Below, piece by piece: positions 36,701 to 47,231 of a stretch of 64,000 nt of DNA. Position numbers and translations under genes: made by a program. The stretch covers positions 1,760 to 65,759 of the forward strand of contig JAFMCI010000005.1 in NCBI GenBank assembly GCA_017857855.1, in the 5' to 3' direction. Under the pieces are notes generated by a model. It ran no database searches, was not told the DNA's origin, and worked only from the letters and a program-made list of their open reading frames with translations. Every line of letters starts with the position of its first letter. Positions within the stretch are counted from its first letter, which is position 1. The DNA is from Bacteroidia bacterium. GTDB taxonomy: Bacteria > Bacteroidota > Bacteroidia > NS11-12g > UBA9320.

Positions 36701-37459
36701 ATGACGAAAAATAGTATCATTATTTTACTTCTTATGTTAACTAACGTTTCTTTCGGACAAGTTAACGCTACAGAGAACGATGAGGACCAAAGTAGCGACT
36801 TTATACAAACGGAATTTACGGATTGGAAGAGTAGAACCTATCTAAGTATCTCAAGTTCGTTTCTCATCGATTACATTACCTCTCCATTAGCATACTATAA
36901 CCCTCGGGAAACTCAACCCAGCTTTAAGTATAGCAGGGCTGCTACACAAAGCTCTACGACATCTCTTTATTCTTTGGGATTTGAGGCTAGATACAACATA
37001 CTCGATATTCAAGAAAATCTAGCAATTGCGCTATCGGCACCAGTTGCTTTTGGTTTCAGTACAGTATTTGCTTCTGCTCCTGAAGTTCGCGGGGGAAGCG
37101 GTTTTGGTACGCTTCAAATACCGGTATTAGCGAGACTATATTTTGGTGCAGGGTCTACCTTTTTTGCTGTTGACGATTTCGGAATAAATATTGGTGCAGG
37201 ATACGAGTTTAATAAACTTGGAGTTTTTAATCTTAATAATGACCCCCAATCTTCAGGGGTTAATAAAGGATGGATAATGCCCGCTATAACTGGAGGTGTA
37301 AGCTTTATAAGAGGTATATCTCCTGTGGAGGTGAACATAAAATATGGTTTTGGACCTCTCCAAGATCAAATCATAGACGGCGAGGGTAATAGACTTACGA
37401 GTAAAAGAACAACGAGAGCTACCTCATTAAAACTCAGTTTAGTATACCCCATTAATTAG
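36701..37459 (+). CDS. Hypothetical outer-membrane beta-barrel-like protein
   Basis: Signal peptide (NVSFGQ) and an alternating hydrophobic pattern. The C-terminus (LSLVYPIN) is not the classic aromatic-terminal beta-signal. No family recognised. Confidence 0.4.
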   Translation: MTKNSIIILLLMLTNVSFGQVNATENDEDQSSDFIQTEFTDWKSRTYLSISSSFLIDYITSPLAYYNPRETQPSFKYSRAATQSSTTSLYSLGFEARYNILDIQENLAIALSAPVAFGFSTVFASAPEVRGGSGFGTLQIPVLARLYFGAGSTFFAVDDFGINIGAGYEFNKLGVFNLNNDPQSSGVNKGWIMPAITGGVSFIRGISPVEVNIKYGFGPLQDQIIDGEGNRLTSKRTTRATSLKLSLVYPIN

Positions 37460-37483
37460 GATAAAGTATATTTCAATATTCGT

Positions 37484-39487
37484 ATGATAAACAGAGATAT
37501 TAGTTGGCTTTCTTTTAATGAGCGTGTACTGCAAGAAGCACAAAATAAAGACGTTCCGCTGATTCAACGGATGCGATTTTTAGGTATTTATAGTAATAAC
37601 TTGGATGAGTTTTTCAGGGTTCGAGTAGCAACACTAATTCGGTTTCAAAATGCGCTGGAAACAAGTAATGCAGAACTTGCAGAACAAGCGAGTTCTATCC
37701 TAGAAAAAATACAAAGTCGGGTTATTCAGTTACACACAATATTTTATGAAACCTATGAGCAGATATTATTTCAGCTAACCCAAGAAAATATCTTCATAAA
37801 AAACGAAAAGAACCTGGATGAAAAACAAGCAGATTTTGTAAGAAGTTATTTTTTAAAGGAAGTTGAATCTTTAATCACGCCTCTGATAATTAGTAATGTT
37901 AAAAAATTTCCATACCTCAGAGATCAATCCGTTTATCTGTTCATTTCTTTTACCAAAAAATCAGATAAGCAGCATCATGCACTTATCGAACTTCCAACAG
38001 ACTACATTTCTCGTTTTATAGAATTACCAAGTGAAGATAAGCAGAAAAACATCATTTATTTAGATGATGTAATACGCTATAACATGCCGTATATACTGTC
38101 CATATTCGAGCCTTTAGATATCAGTTCATACATTATTAAACTAACTAGAGATGCCGAGCTTGACCTCGACGATGATTTTAGCGCCAGTTATTATGAAAAG
38201 GTTACCAAAAGTGTTTCCAATAGAAAAAAAGGGAAGGTAGTAAGATTTGTATATGACCGTGAAATGCCAGAAACTCAACTGGATTATATCATTTCCAATA
38301 TAAAACTATCGTCTAGTACTAATCTTATACCCGGAGGTAGATACCATAATTTTAGAGATTTTATGGGATTCCCTAATTTAGGTCGAGAAGACCTGTGTTA
38401 TGCAGAATTACCATCTATTGAACATCATAGCCTAAATAAAAAAAGACCCCTTTTAAAACAGATAAGTGAGAGTGACATTTTACTGCAAATGCCGTATCAC
38501 TCTTTTGATATTATCATTGATATTATTCGCGAAGCATCCATCGACCCTAAGGTAGAGAGCATAAAAATGAGCTTGTATAGGGTTGCCCCTAAGTCCAAAA
38601 TAATCAAAGCGCTTAAAAATGCCGCCCGAAATGGAAAACAAGTTTATGTGGTTATCGAGCTTAGAGCCCGATTTGATGAAGAAGCCAATCTAGATTGGTC
38701 AAAACAACTTCAAGATGAAAATATACAAATCGAATTCGGACTTAAAGGCCTTAAAGTACACAGTAAACTGCTACTTATACAGCGTTACTCAAAGGGTGTT
38801 TTGAAAAACTATTCTCTAATAAGCACAGGTAATTTTCATGAAAAAACCGCCAAGATTTATGGCGATTCAGCATTAATCACTTCAGACGAAAGAATCACCA
38901 ATGAAGTAGAACGTGTATTCCAAATCTTCGAAAAACCATACCTAAGTTACTCTTTTGAACACTTACTCGTAGCTCCTATTAACCTTAGAAAAGGATTGCT
39001 CGATTTGATTGACAATGAAATTAAAGTGGTAAAGAATGGAGGAAAAGGCCATATTTTTATTAAAATAAATAACCTGGTAGATGAAGGTATAATCAATGCG
39101 ATTCTGATTGCTGCACAACAAGGCGTAGAAGTCAAATTACTGGTGCGAGGAGTATGCAGTATGATTCCTATTGAAAATATTACCATTAGAAGTATTGTAG
39201 GACGATTTTTAGAACATTCACGCGTCTTCTGGTTTGGTAACGAGGCTACTGGTAAACTTTATTTAGGCTCAGCCGATTTGATGACTAGAAATTTAGATAT
39301 CAGGATAGAGGCACTAACTCCGATATACGATGATAAGATTAGAAAAGAACTTATCGCATATTTACACTTGCAATGGTCTGACAACCAGAGAGCGAGAGTT
39401 ATTGATAGTAAACTTTCTAATACCATGTACGATAATGGTGAAGCGCCAATACGATCTCAAATCGCATTATACGATTTGCTACGATAA
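37484..39487 (+). CDS. ppk1: Polyphosphate kinase 1
   Basis: INRDISWLSFNERVLQEA and RFLGIYSNNLDEFFRVRVA, plus two PLD-like HxK-type regions (VHSKLLLI, FLEHSRVFWF). Confidence 0.9.
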   Translation: MINRDISWLSFNERVLQEAQNKDVPLIQRMRFLGIYSNNLDEFFRVRVATLIRFQNALETSNAELAEQASSILEKIQSRVIQLHTIFYETYEQILFQLTQENIFIKNEKNLDEKQADFVRSYFLKEVESLITPLIISNVKKFPYLRDQSVYLFISFTKKSDKQHHALIELPTDYISRFIELPSEDKQKNIIYLDDVIRYNMPYILSIFEPLDISSYIIKLTRDAELDLDDDFSASYYEKVTKSVSNRKKGKVVRFVYDREMPETQLDYIISNIKLSSSTNLIPGGRYHNFRDFMGFPNLGREDLCYAELPSIEHHSLNKKRPLLKQISESDILLQMPYHSFDIIIDIIREASIDPKVESIKMSLYRVAPKSKIIKALKNAARNGKQVYVVIELRARFDEEANLDWSKQLQDENIQIEFGLKGLKVHSKLLLIQRYSKGVLKNYSLISTGNFHEKTAKIYGDSALITSDERITNEVERVFQIFEKPYLSYSFEHLLVAPINLRKGLLDLIDNEIKVVKNGGKGHIFIKINNLVDEGIINAILIAAQQGVEVKLLVRGVCSMIPIENITIRSIVGRFLEHSRVFWFGNEATGKLYLGSADLMTRNLDIRIEALTPIYDDKIRKELIAYLHLQWSDNQRARVIDSKLSNTMYDNGEAPIRSQIALYDLLR

Positions 39488-39495
39488 CCTTTTTC

Positions 39496-41133
39496 TTACT
39501 GACCTAGAAGATTTTGTCCGTCCACTTTTTGGGTAATATCTATATCTAGTAATCCCAAAATAGTAGGAGCTATATCAATAGTTTTAGCTGTCTTTATTAC
39601 TTTTTCGCTATTTACACTTGTACTATAAATGATAAAGGGTACGTGCGTATCATAACTATATGGTGTTCCGTGCGTGGTGCCGCAGCTGCGCATATCAACC
39701 AGGCTTAACTCAGAACAAAGTAATTGAACATAATATCCAAATCTTGGGTCGTAACTGTTGCTGAACTGCATCTTGTAACCTTCATTATCTGTGGCGTTTA
39801 TGAAATCACTAGGTATGTATGCTTGATCAACATAACTGAGGTTTTTGAGTTTTGACTTTAATGCCTCTAAGAAAACAAACGAGTCGATTTGGTGCATTGC
39901 AAGCAACTCGAAATTAGGCTCTATACCTGCGTAAGATGTTTCCAAAAAAGTACTCTCAGTTAAGTTAAATAACTGTTTTAACTCTTGATCAACAGCCAGC
40001 ATATCGGTATCAAACTCATGAGACTCTACGCGTACCGCTTTTTCAGTAAGACCAGAAAATTCTGGCATAGGCACCACACCGTGGTCTGCCGTTAAGGCAA
40101 GTATATAATTATCCTTTCCTACCTTTTCGTTGAGCATAGTCACAAATACTTCCAAGTATTTATCTAATCTAGCATAATAATCTGCAATCTCTAGGCTGTT
40201 GGGTCCAAATTGATGTCCGATAACATCTGCAGCCGAAAGACCAATGGTAAGTACATCGGTATGCTCATCAGCCCCTAATTGATTTTTGACTATGAGTTGC
40301 TCTGCAAACTTCAACACAAATTCATCGCCATAAGGTGTATTCCACATAAAGGTTCCCACCTTATTTTCACTTTCTTTTATGTTATCTATACTTCCCAAAG
40401 TATGCGGAAACCAAGGTTGAAAAGTGCCACATTCATAAGCTGCACTATCTTCATCTAGTAAATGGTTGTGCAATGGAGACAGAGATGTATTCAATAACCA
40501 ACCATTTTCTATTTCTGATTTATAAATTTGGTCTGCTCTAAAAGAAGTAACCCATTCAGGAAACGGCTCTGCATAAAAGTTAGTGCTTACCATTTGAGTA
40601 CTCTGCCCATCAAACCAATACGCTCTGTTGGCAAAATGCCCTCCCATCAGTATAGCCGATCTGTCTTTTAAGGCTACACTATAACTTTTGCTTAAAGAAT
40701 CATTCATTTTAATGTAATCCCCTAAAGCGGGTTTCTTGAGTTTATCTGCCGATACTTTTTGCAAAGAACAGCTGTCCAAGCCTACAAAAGCGATAGTGGT
40801 ATCCAATATTGAGTATTCAGTTTTTCGTGTTGCGCGTACGTATACATTGTTATCTACAATACCATGCGTACTCGGTAAACATCCCGTAGCCAAAGTTGCG
40901 TGCCCCGCTGCCGTAGTAGTTTTTGCATGAAAATGATGGGTATTCACATAGTTTAAACCTCCATCATAAAGCTCTTTGTATACAAACGGCATTTGATCTT
41001 TAAAACGTTCGATATAGTCTCCACGCATTTGATCAACACTAATAAAAACAACAAGCTTGGATTTAACTTTCGTTTTGGGAAGTGAACACGATGTGATTAC
41101 CAATATAAACAGTAGGACAATTATTTTTTTCAC
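39496..41133 (-). CDS. Alkaline phosphatase/nucleotide pyrophosphatase superfamily lipoprotein (PafA-like)
   Basis: Lipobox (LVITSCS). FISVDQMRGDY, TTTAAGHATLATG (Thr nucleophile region) and LTADHGV. Its size matches Flavobacterial PafA. GTG start at 41133. Confidence 0.7.
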   Translation of the reverse strand: MKKIIVLLFILVITSCSLPKTKVKSKLVVFISVDQMRGDYIERFKDQMPFVYKELYDGGLNYVNTHHFHAKTTTAAGHATLATGCLPSTHGIVDNNVYVRATRKTEYSILDTTIAFVGLDSCSLQKVSADKLKKPALGDYIKMNDSLSKSYSVALKDRSAILMGGHFANRAYWFDGQSTQMVSTNFYAEPFPEWVTSFRADQIYKSEIENGWLLNTSLSPLHNHLLDEDSAAYECGTFQPWFPHTLGSIDNIKESENKVGTFMWNTPYGDEFVLKFAEQLIVKNQLGADEHTDVLTIGLSAADVIGHQFGPNSLEIADYYARLDKYLEVFVTMLNEKVGKDNYILALTADHGVVPMPEFSGLTEKAVRVESHEFDTDMLAVDQELKQLFNLTESTFLETSYAGIEPNFELLAMHQIDSFVFLEALKSKLKNLSYVDQAYIPSDFINATDNEGYKMQFSNSYDPRFGYYVQLLCSELSLVDMRSCGTTHGTPYSYDTHVPFIIYSTSVNSEKVIKTAKTIDIAPTILGLLDIDITQKVDGQNLLGQ

Positions 41134-41239
41134 TATGCGAAATAAGCACGCAAATTTTACTTTAATGTAAATACAACATAAAAATAAACGTTTATAAAAT
41201 GCACCTTGTTAAAACTGATAATACAGAGCATATTTGCAT

Positions 41240-43531
41240 ATGCGAATTTTTTATCTTTTAATATTCCTAAACACCTTAGTTTTAAGTGTTTTAGCTCAAA
41301 AAAATACGCGAGGTAAGGTGGTGGATCAGGATGAAAATCCCATACCCTTTGTTAAAGTACAAGAACCCGAAACCGGAAACGTATGTTATACGAACGATCA
41401 AGGAGAGTTTGTGCTAAACTATTTTGAAAGTGATAGCAAGTTGACTTTTACAACTTCCGGTTACGATACCTTGCGCTTAGCACTTCCTTACGATAAATAT
41501 ACTACGGTTTTTATGTCCGCAAAAGAAAACACCAATCCCTATCATATGGGATTTATGGTAGGTTTTTTAGACTTTAAGAACAAAAACAAGAATAAGAACC
41601 TAGAAAACATGACTTATTTTCTAGGAGAATCAGATATCAATAGACAGCTGCAAATGCTTCCCGGTATAGAACAAGGCACAGAGGGATACAGTAATCTGTT
41701 TGTGCGTGGTGGTGAGGTAGATCAAAATTTAATGCTCTACAATGGAACACCCATTTATAATTCGAATCATATTTTTGGGCTTTCATCGGTTTTTCATCAA
41801 CGTAGTATTGCAAATACGGGTATCTCACGTGGTATCTCTTCTGCTAAATATGGCGGAAGACTTTCTTCCACTATTTCATTAGAAAGTAGCAAAACAGGAA
41901 GTTATAGTGGCGTAAAAGGCGAACTTGAAATAACCCCAATCAATGCCGGTATTTATATAGAAAGCATTAAAAAAGATCTGAGCTATTTTACCTTGTCAGC
42001 TCGACGTTCTTGGATAGATTTGCTTATTCCTGCTGAATCCAGACAACAAAGTGTAAATGCTAATATTTACGATTACCAGATAGGTTACGGTAAATATTTA
42101 AAAAATGGTGACAAACTAGATTTCAGTTTTATGAATACGAGGGATTTGTATTTTGTTTCCTTACAAACGACCGATACAGCGAATGGTAACATCCCCATAA
42201 CTTATGGTATTACACAAAAATGGTATAATGTACTTGCGTCAGTTAATTATACAGAACAAGTTACCAGTCAGCTTAAAAGAGTACATTCTATTCATTATTC
42301 CAGTTATAAAAACAAGAACGACTACAGTCAAGAAACATATGATTTTAATCTCTTGGAGAATCCTTTGGTAGAAGAAAAATTACAACGAGGTATCAGAGAC
42401 ATTGGGTTAAAAACCGATTGGGAATATGCCTTTTCAAATGAGCACCACCTAAGTTTTGGATGGCAAAACACCTTCAGACAATTCCTGCTAGGGGCTAATA
42501 ATTTGATCTCTAAAAATTATCCCAATCAAAGTGATATTGATACTATCGTCGGTAATCCGAATTATCAAACAAGTATAGAGAGTAGTTTTTATGGGGAAGA
42601 CAAATACTTTTTTAGTAAAGACGTAACTTTAGATGCTGGATTGAGGGCAACTATCTATTCATTCGACGGATACACCAAACTAGTTGCTGAGCCCAGATTT
42701 CACTTAACCTATTTTCTACAGAATAATGACGTATTCAAAGCGGCTTACAACCGACACAACCAATTTGTAAATCAGCTAAATCTTGGAAGGTCTGGAAGTC
42801 CTGATAATATATGGGTTCCCGCCACTGGCGAAATATTGCCACAAAATTCCGATATTTTAGAAATAGGATACGAGCGAAAACTAGGCAGACAATTCAGCGG
42901 AACTGTGAATGCCTATTACAAAAACATGCAAAACCTATCTGCAGTTTCTAATTTAAACGACGCTTCAAACCCCGAAAAAGATTGGAAAAGCAGCGTAGTG
43001 CAAGGCAGCGGTAAATCGTATGGTCTTGAATTTATGTTTCAAAAAAGCAAAGGTGATTTTACGGGATGGGTAAGTTATGCTTACAGTAAATCCGTAAGAA
43101 CATTTCCTGATTTATACGCCAACGAATTCTTATTTACTTTTGACAGACCTCACATGTTGAAAGTATACGGCAACTACACTAACGAATACTCGATCTGGAA
43201 TTTTAGTTTTAATTACCTCGTAGGTAGCGGTCAATTGTTCACCCTGCCAATTGGTAAATTTAGAGATATCAACGGCCAACTGCAACTGGAATATAATACC
43301 TTGAATAATTATAGAAGTCCTCTATACCAGCGATTAGATATAAGTGCCGGACGTAAAAACATCAATTCGTCTTTAAGCTCAGAATGGCGATTCTTTATCT
43401 ACAATGTCTTATCCAATAGAAATCCACTTTATGTGAATGCTGATTTTGCCAACGCCAGTTACACCGAATTGGTTATCAATAGAAATTACCTCGCTTTTGT
43501 TCCAGGCGTATCGTATATCATTAAATTTTAA
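41240..43531 (+). CDS. TonB-dependent receptor with carboxypeptidase-regulatory-like N-domain
   Basis: Signal peptide, a CarboxypepD_reg-like segment (GKVVDQDENPIPFVKV...TNDQGEF), a plug (LQMLPGIEQG...LFVRGG) and a C-terminal beta-barrel ending in F. I place the start at ATG 41240. Confidence 0.8.
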   Translation: MRIFYLLIFLNTLVLSVLAQKNTRGKVVDQDENPIPFVKVQEPETGNVCYTNDQGEFVLNYFESDSKLTFTTSGYDTLRLALPYDKYTTVFMSAKENTNPYHMGFMVGFLDFKNKNKNKNLENMTYFLGESDINRQLQMLPGIEQGTEGYSNLFVRGGEVDQNLMLYNGTPIYNSNHIFGLSSVFHQRSIANTGISRGISSAKYGGRLSSTISLESSKTGSYSGVKGELEITPINAGIYIESIKKDLSYFTLSARRSWIDLLIPAESRQQSVNANIYDYQIGYGKYLKNGDKLDFSFMNTRDLYFVSLQTTDTANGNIPITYGITQKWYNVLASVNYTEQVTSQLKRVHSIHYSSYKNKNDYSQETYDFNLLENPLVEEKLQRGIRDIGLKTDWEYAFSNEHHLSFGWQNTFRQFLLGANNLISKNYPNQSDIDTIVGNPNYQTSIESSFYGEDKYFFSKDVTLDAGLRATIYSFDGYTKLVAEPRFHLTYFLQNNDVFKAAYNRHNQFVNQLNLGRSGSPDNIWVPATGEILPQNSDILEIGYERKLGRQFSGTVNAYYKNMQNLSAVSNLNDASNPEKDWKSSVVQGSGKSYGLEFMFQKSKGDFTGWVSYAYSKSVRTFPDLYANEFLFTFDRPHMLKVYGNYTNEYSIWNFSFNYLVGSGQLFTLPIGKFRDINGQLQLEYNTLNNYRSPLYQRLDISAGRKNINSSLSSEWRFFIYNVLSNRNPLYVNADFANASYTELVINRNYLAFVPGVSYIIKF

Positions 43532-43537
43532 AAGAAC

Positions 43538-44446
43538 ATGAAACGTATGAATGAAAAACAAATAAACACGATTATCTTACTGACGATTACCCTCCTAACG
43601 AGTTGCTTGTCTGATACCGTAAAGCCAGATATATTATTAAACTACACCCCTAAAATTACGGTAAACACCGACTTTGATAATATTTGGGTAGCAGGTATGC
43701 CTGTATCGCTAGAAATCACTACTAGCGAAGGCTCAATAGATAGCGAACTCCCCAAATTGTTAAAGGATGCCACAGTAGAATACGTAGCAAACGACGGATC
43801 TAAAGGAAGCTTGCTTTACAATGCTGCTTCGGAGCATTACGTTACATCCAAATCATTTATACCAGGCACTGCGGTTCAATTAAACATCAAGCATCCTTCT
43901 TATCCCTCAGTAGGATCACTGATTCGTTTTCCTGAGACTATAGATCCTACGGGCACGCTCAGCATTGCAGGTGGATTAGATACATCGGGTAATCCCGCCG
44001 ATAAATTAGCCGTAAGTTTTAAAGACGTAAGTGGTGTAAACAATTACTATAAAATCAATCTGTATTATTTCAATAACTCCATTTCTAATTGGGTACCTCT
44101 AACCGTTCCTCGAACAGATCCATCCTTAGCTGGGTATAACTCCATTGTTCAAAATGACGGTGGAATACTGTTTTCAGACGACTTATTTAATGGTAAATTA
44201 AAAACAATTACGATGAATGTATCTCTTGGCTATGTAATTAATAATTTAGGAGATAAATACAAAATAACCCTATCCAGCATATCAGAAGACTTATTTCTCT
44301 ACTACAAATCGCTCCAGCGAGCTCAAGACGCTAAAGAAATTAATTTTCAAGGAGGATACAATAATGCGGTTGTTATACATAGCAACATAGACGGTGGGTT
44401 AGGAATTATAGGGACACAATCAAAGGAAGACGTAATTTTAAAATAA
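43538..44446 (+). CDS. DUF4249-like lipoprotein (usual partner of this TonB-receptor subtype)
   Basis: Lipobox (LLTSC). 302 aa, positioned immediately after the receptor gene. The family call is from memory of gene context and size. Confidence 0.55.
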   Translation: MKRMNEKQINTIILLTITLLTSCLSDTVKPDILLNYTPKITVNTDFDNIWVAGMPVSLEITTSEGSIDSELPKLLKDATVEYVANDGSKGSLLYNAASEHYVTSKSFIPGTAVQLNIKHPSYPSVGSLIRFPETIDPTGTLSIAGGLDTSGNPADKLAVSFKDVSGVNNYYKINLYYFNNSISNWVPLTVPRTDPSLAGYNSIVQNDGGILFSDDLFNGKLKTITMNVSLGYVINNLGDKYKITLSSISEDLFLYYKSLQRAQDAKEINFQGGYNNAVVIHSNIDGGLGIIGTQSKEDVILK

Positions 44447-44515
44447 AACCACGTACTTTTGACACCGAAGACTGTTCAACATAATTTTATTATCCAGATT
44501 AAGCACATTTTATTA

Positions 44516-46846
44516 ATGAGAAAAAAGGGAATTTTACTTGGATTACTATTGGCATTTTTCAGCCTTGCTCAAGCACAATCTGGAGTTTTGAGGGGATTTG
44601 TATTAGACGCACAATCAGGAAATCCTATAAGTGGTGCTATTGTAAAACTCAAGGGAAACAATCAAGGTGCCTACTCAGACGATCGCGGATTTTACAACAT
44701 CCCTAATTTAAATGAAGGTAGCTTTACTGTGGTGGCAACCTACATAGGCGCTGATCCTAGCGAACTAGAGGTAAGCTTAAAAAACGGTCAAATTACTACA
44801 CAAAATTTTTACATCATCTTAAGCGGTGGTCAAGAGCTAGGTTCTGTAAGCGTTTCCGCCGAAAAAATAAGAAAAAGCAAAGAAGTTAATATCTCAAAAA
44901 CTACTATCAAGCCAATACAATTAACCCGTATTCCTTCCGTAGGAGGCGAGCCCGATTTGGTTCAATATTTACAAGTATTACCAGGAGTTGTTTTTTCTGG
45001 CGATCAAGGCGGACAGCTCTATATAAGGGGTGGTTCACCGGTTATGAATAAAGTTTTATTGGACGGATTAACCGTGTACAACCCGTTTCACAGTATTGGT
45101 TTATTTTCAGTTTTTGATAGTGATATTCTAAAGTCAGTAGATGTTTATTCTGCAGGATTTAGCGCTGAATATGGAGGAAGAGTATCGGCTATAGTGGATG
45201 TTAAAACCAAAGATGGAAGCAAAACAGGTCTGCACGGTAAGGTAAATAGCAGCCCATTTAATTCTAAAATAATGCTTGAAGGTCCGCTTAAAAAATATGA
45301 AGTAGGTAAAAACAGTACCAGTTTTATACTATCCTACAAAAACTCATATCTTGATCAATCTGCCCCAGTAATCTACCCCTACATCAACGATGGAAAATTA
45401 CCTTACTCGTTCAGCGATTTCTATGGTAAACTTTCATTTAATGCGGCCACAGGAAGTAATTTTCATGTATTTGGTTTTGATTTTTCGGACAAAGTAGATT
45501 TTGAAAACAGCTCATCCTATAACTGGAAATCAAGAGGATTAGGCACAAAATTTTTACTCGTACCTAACAACAGCAAAACACTTATAGACGGTGGCGTAAC
45601 TTATAGCAATTATCTTATACAACAAGAAGAACAAGATAATAAGCCACGTAAATCGGGTATCAATGGGTTTAATGTAAATCTGACCTTTTCTCGATTTTTA
45701 TCCGAGTATGATAATTTGAAATATGGTGTAGAAATGAACGGATTTCAAACCAATTTTGAAATATATAATACTTTAGGAAGACGAATTAGCCAACTGCAAA
45801 ACACCAGTGAAATAAGTGCCTTTGCCAATTACCTTAAAAATTTTAATAAAAAATTATTACTAGAAAGTGGTATCAGAATTCAACGTTACTCTACCTTAGC
45901 CGAAACACGTTTTGAGCCTAGAATTCGTATGAAGTATAATTTCAATACCCGTTGGCGATTTAAAGCTTCAACCGGATTATACTCTCAAAACTTGATGAGT
46001 GCCGTAAGTGATAGAGATGTGGTAAATCTATTTTATGGATTTTTAAGCGGCCCCGAAGATTTGTCAGAAACCTTTATGGGTAAGCCGGTAGAATCTAGCT
46101 TACAAAAAGCACGACACGCTGTAGCTGGTTTCGAATATGATGTGAATGCCATTTCTGAAATCAATATTGAGGGCTATATCAAACAGTTTAATCAATTAAC
46201 GAATATCAATCGGGATAAGATATTTGATAATACGCCAGAAAACCAAAATAGATCTTCTTACTTACGTGAAGACTACATTGTAGAAAAAGGAGAGGCCTAC
46301 GGATTTGATGTGACTTATAAGTTAGAAACAAAGCAGTGGTACGTGTGGACAGTATACTCATACAACATCGTAAATAGATATTACGAACAAGAAGAGTTAA
46401 TTAAGTACCAACCGCACTTTGACAGACGTCATAATATCAATATCGTTAACTCGTATGACTTTGGTAAAGACTTGCATTGGAACGCTAATCTGAGATGGAA
46501 TTTTGGTTCAGGCTTTCCGTTTACACTAACACAAGGATTTTACGAATTGCAAAATTTTAGCGATGGAGCCACCACAGATTACACTACCACCAATGGCAGT
46601 TTGGGTATTTACTACGATGATTTAAATAAAGGTAGGCTTCCCTATTACCATCGTTTAGATGCGTCTGTAAAACGTACCTTTAAGATTAAAACCAAAAAGG
46701 AAAATGTCTTTAATCAGGCAACGGCTATTTTTTCTGTAACTAATGTTTACGATAGAGCCAATATCTTCTACTTTAATAGGGTGACGTACAAAAGAGAGAA
46801 TCAGCTCCCTATACTTCCTAGTTTATCATTTAGCTTCAGCTTTTAA
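44516..46846 (+). CDS. TonB-dependent receptor with carboxypeptidase-regulatory-like N-domain (paralogue of 41240..43531)
   Basis: MRKKGILLGLLLAFFSLAQA signal, GVLRGFVLDAQSGNPISGAIV, and a plug (LQVLPGVVFSGDQGGQLYIRGG). Ends in F. I place the start at ATG 44516; the track start is a TTG at 44459. Confidence 0.8.
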   Translation: MRKKGILLGLLLAFFSLAQAQSGVLRGFVLDAQSGNPISGAIVKLKGNNQGAYSDDRGFYNIPNLNEGSFTVVATYIGADPSELEVSLKNGQITTQNFYIILSGGQELGSVSVSAEKIRKSKEVNISKTTIKPIQLTRIPSVGGEPDLVQYLQVLPGVVFSGDQGGQLYIRGGSPVMNKVLLDGLTVYNPFHSIGLFSVFDSDILKSVDVYSAGFSAEYGGRVSAIVDVKTKDGSKTGLHGKVNSSPFNSKIMLEGPLKKYEVGKNSTSFILSYKNSYLDQSAPVIYPYINDGKLPYSFSDFYGKLSFNAATGSNFHVFGFDFSDKVDFENSSSYNWKSRGLGTKFLLVPNNSKTLIDGGVTYSNYLIQQEEQDNKPRKSGINGFNVNLTFSRFLSEYDNLKYGVEMNGFQTNFEIYNTLGRRISQLQNTSEISAFANYLKNFNKKLLLESGIRIQRYSTLAETRFEPRIRMKYNFNTRWRFKASTGLYSQNLMSAVSDRDVVNLFYGFLSGPEDLSETFMGKPVESSLQKARHAVAGFEYDVNAISEINIEGYIKQFNQLTNINRDKIFDNTPENQNRSSYLREDYIVEKGEAYGFDVTYKLETKQWYVWTVYSYNIVNRYYEQEELIKYQPHFDRRHNINIVNSYDFGKDLHWNANLRWNFGSGFPFTLTQGFYELQNFSDGATTDYTTTNGSLGIYYDDLNKGRLPYYHRLDASVKRTFKIKTKKENVFNQATAIFSVTNVYDRANIFYFNRVTYKRENQLPILPSLSFSFSF

Positions 46847-47231
46847 GCACATCCGCTGTATGTTAAGGCATTAATCGGAAATCATTTGGGTGTATTTAAA
46901 AATCTTTAATAAATATCACATGCAGTCGATAGGACTTTCGTTCATCAAGTAATATCATTTTTTCTAGTGAAATAAACGAGAAAAAAACCTTTAAAAAGTG
47001 CTCACAATTGAGTGCCTCGATTTGGATAAGTTAGAAAATAATAACACCTGCTCAAAACGGAAACAAAATATCAACCTTTTTACTATCAGATGTTCTTATT
47101 AATGCAAACTACAAGGTGACGGAAAGCTTCCACCATTTTTCTGGTTATATAATGATGAAGGTATTCCACCAATTAAATATAAAATGGATAAAATCCCAAA
47201 AAAAGTGAAGGAAATTAATCCCTAGAGCAGC

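Noticed and set aside
46990-47225. Possible decayed gene in the 385-bp gap. An open frame of about 57 codons ends ...GYIMMKVFHQLNIKWIKSQKK.
   Set aside because: It has no upstream start codon, no recognisable motif and a low-complexity sequence. I kept the gap itself as a finding, but the pseudogene call is unsupported.
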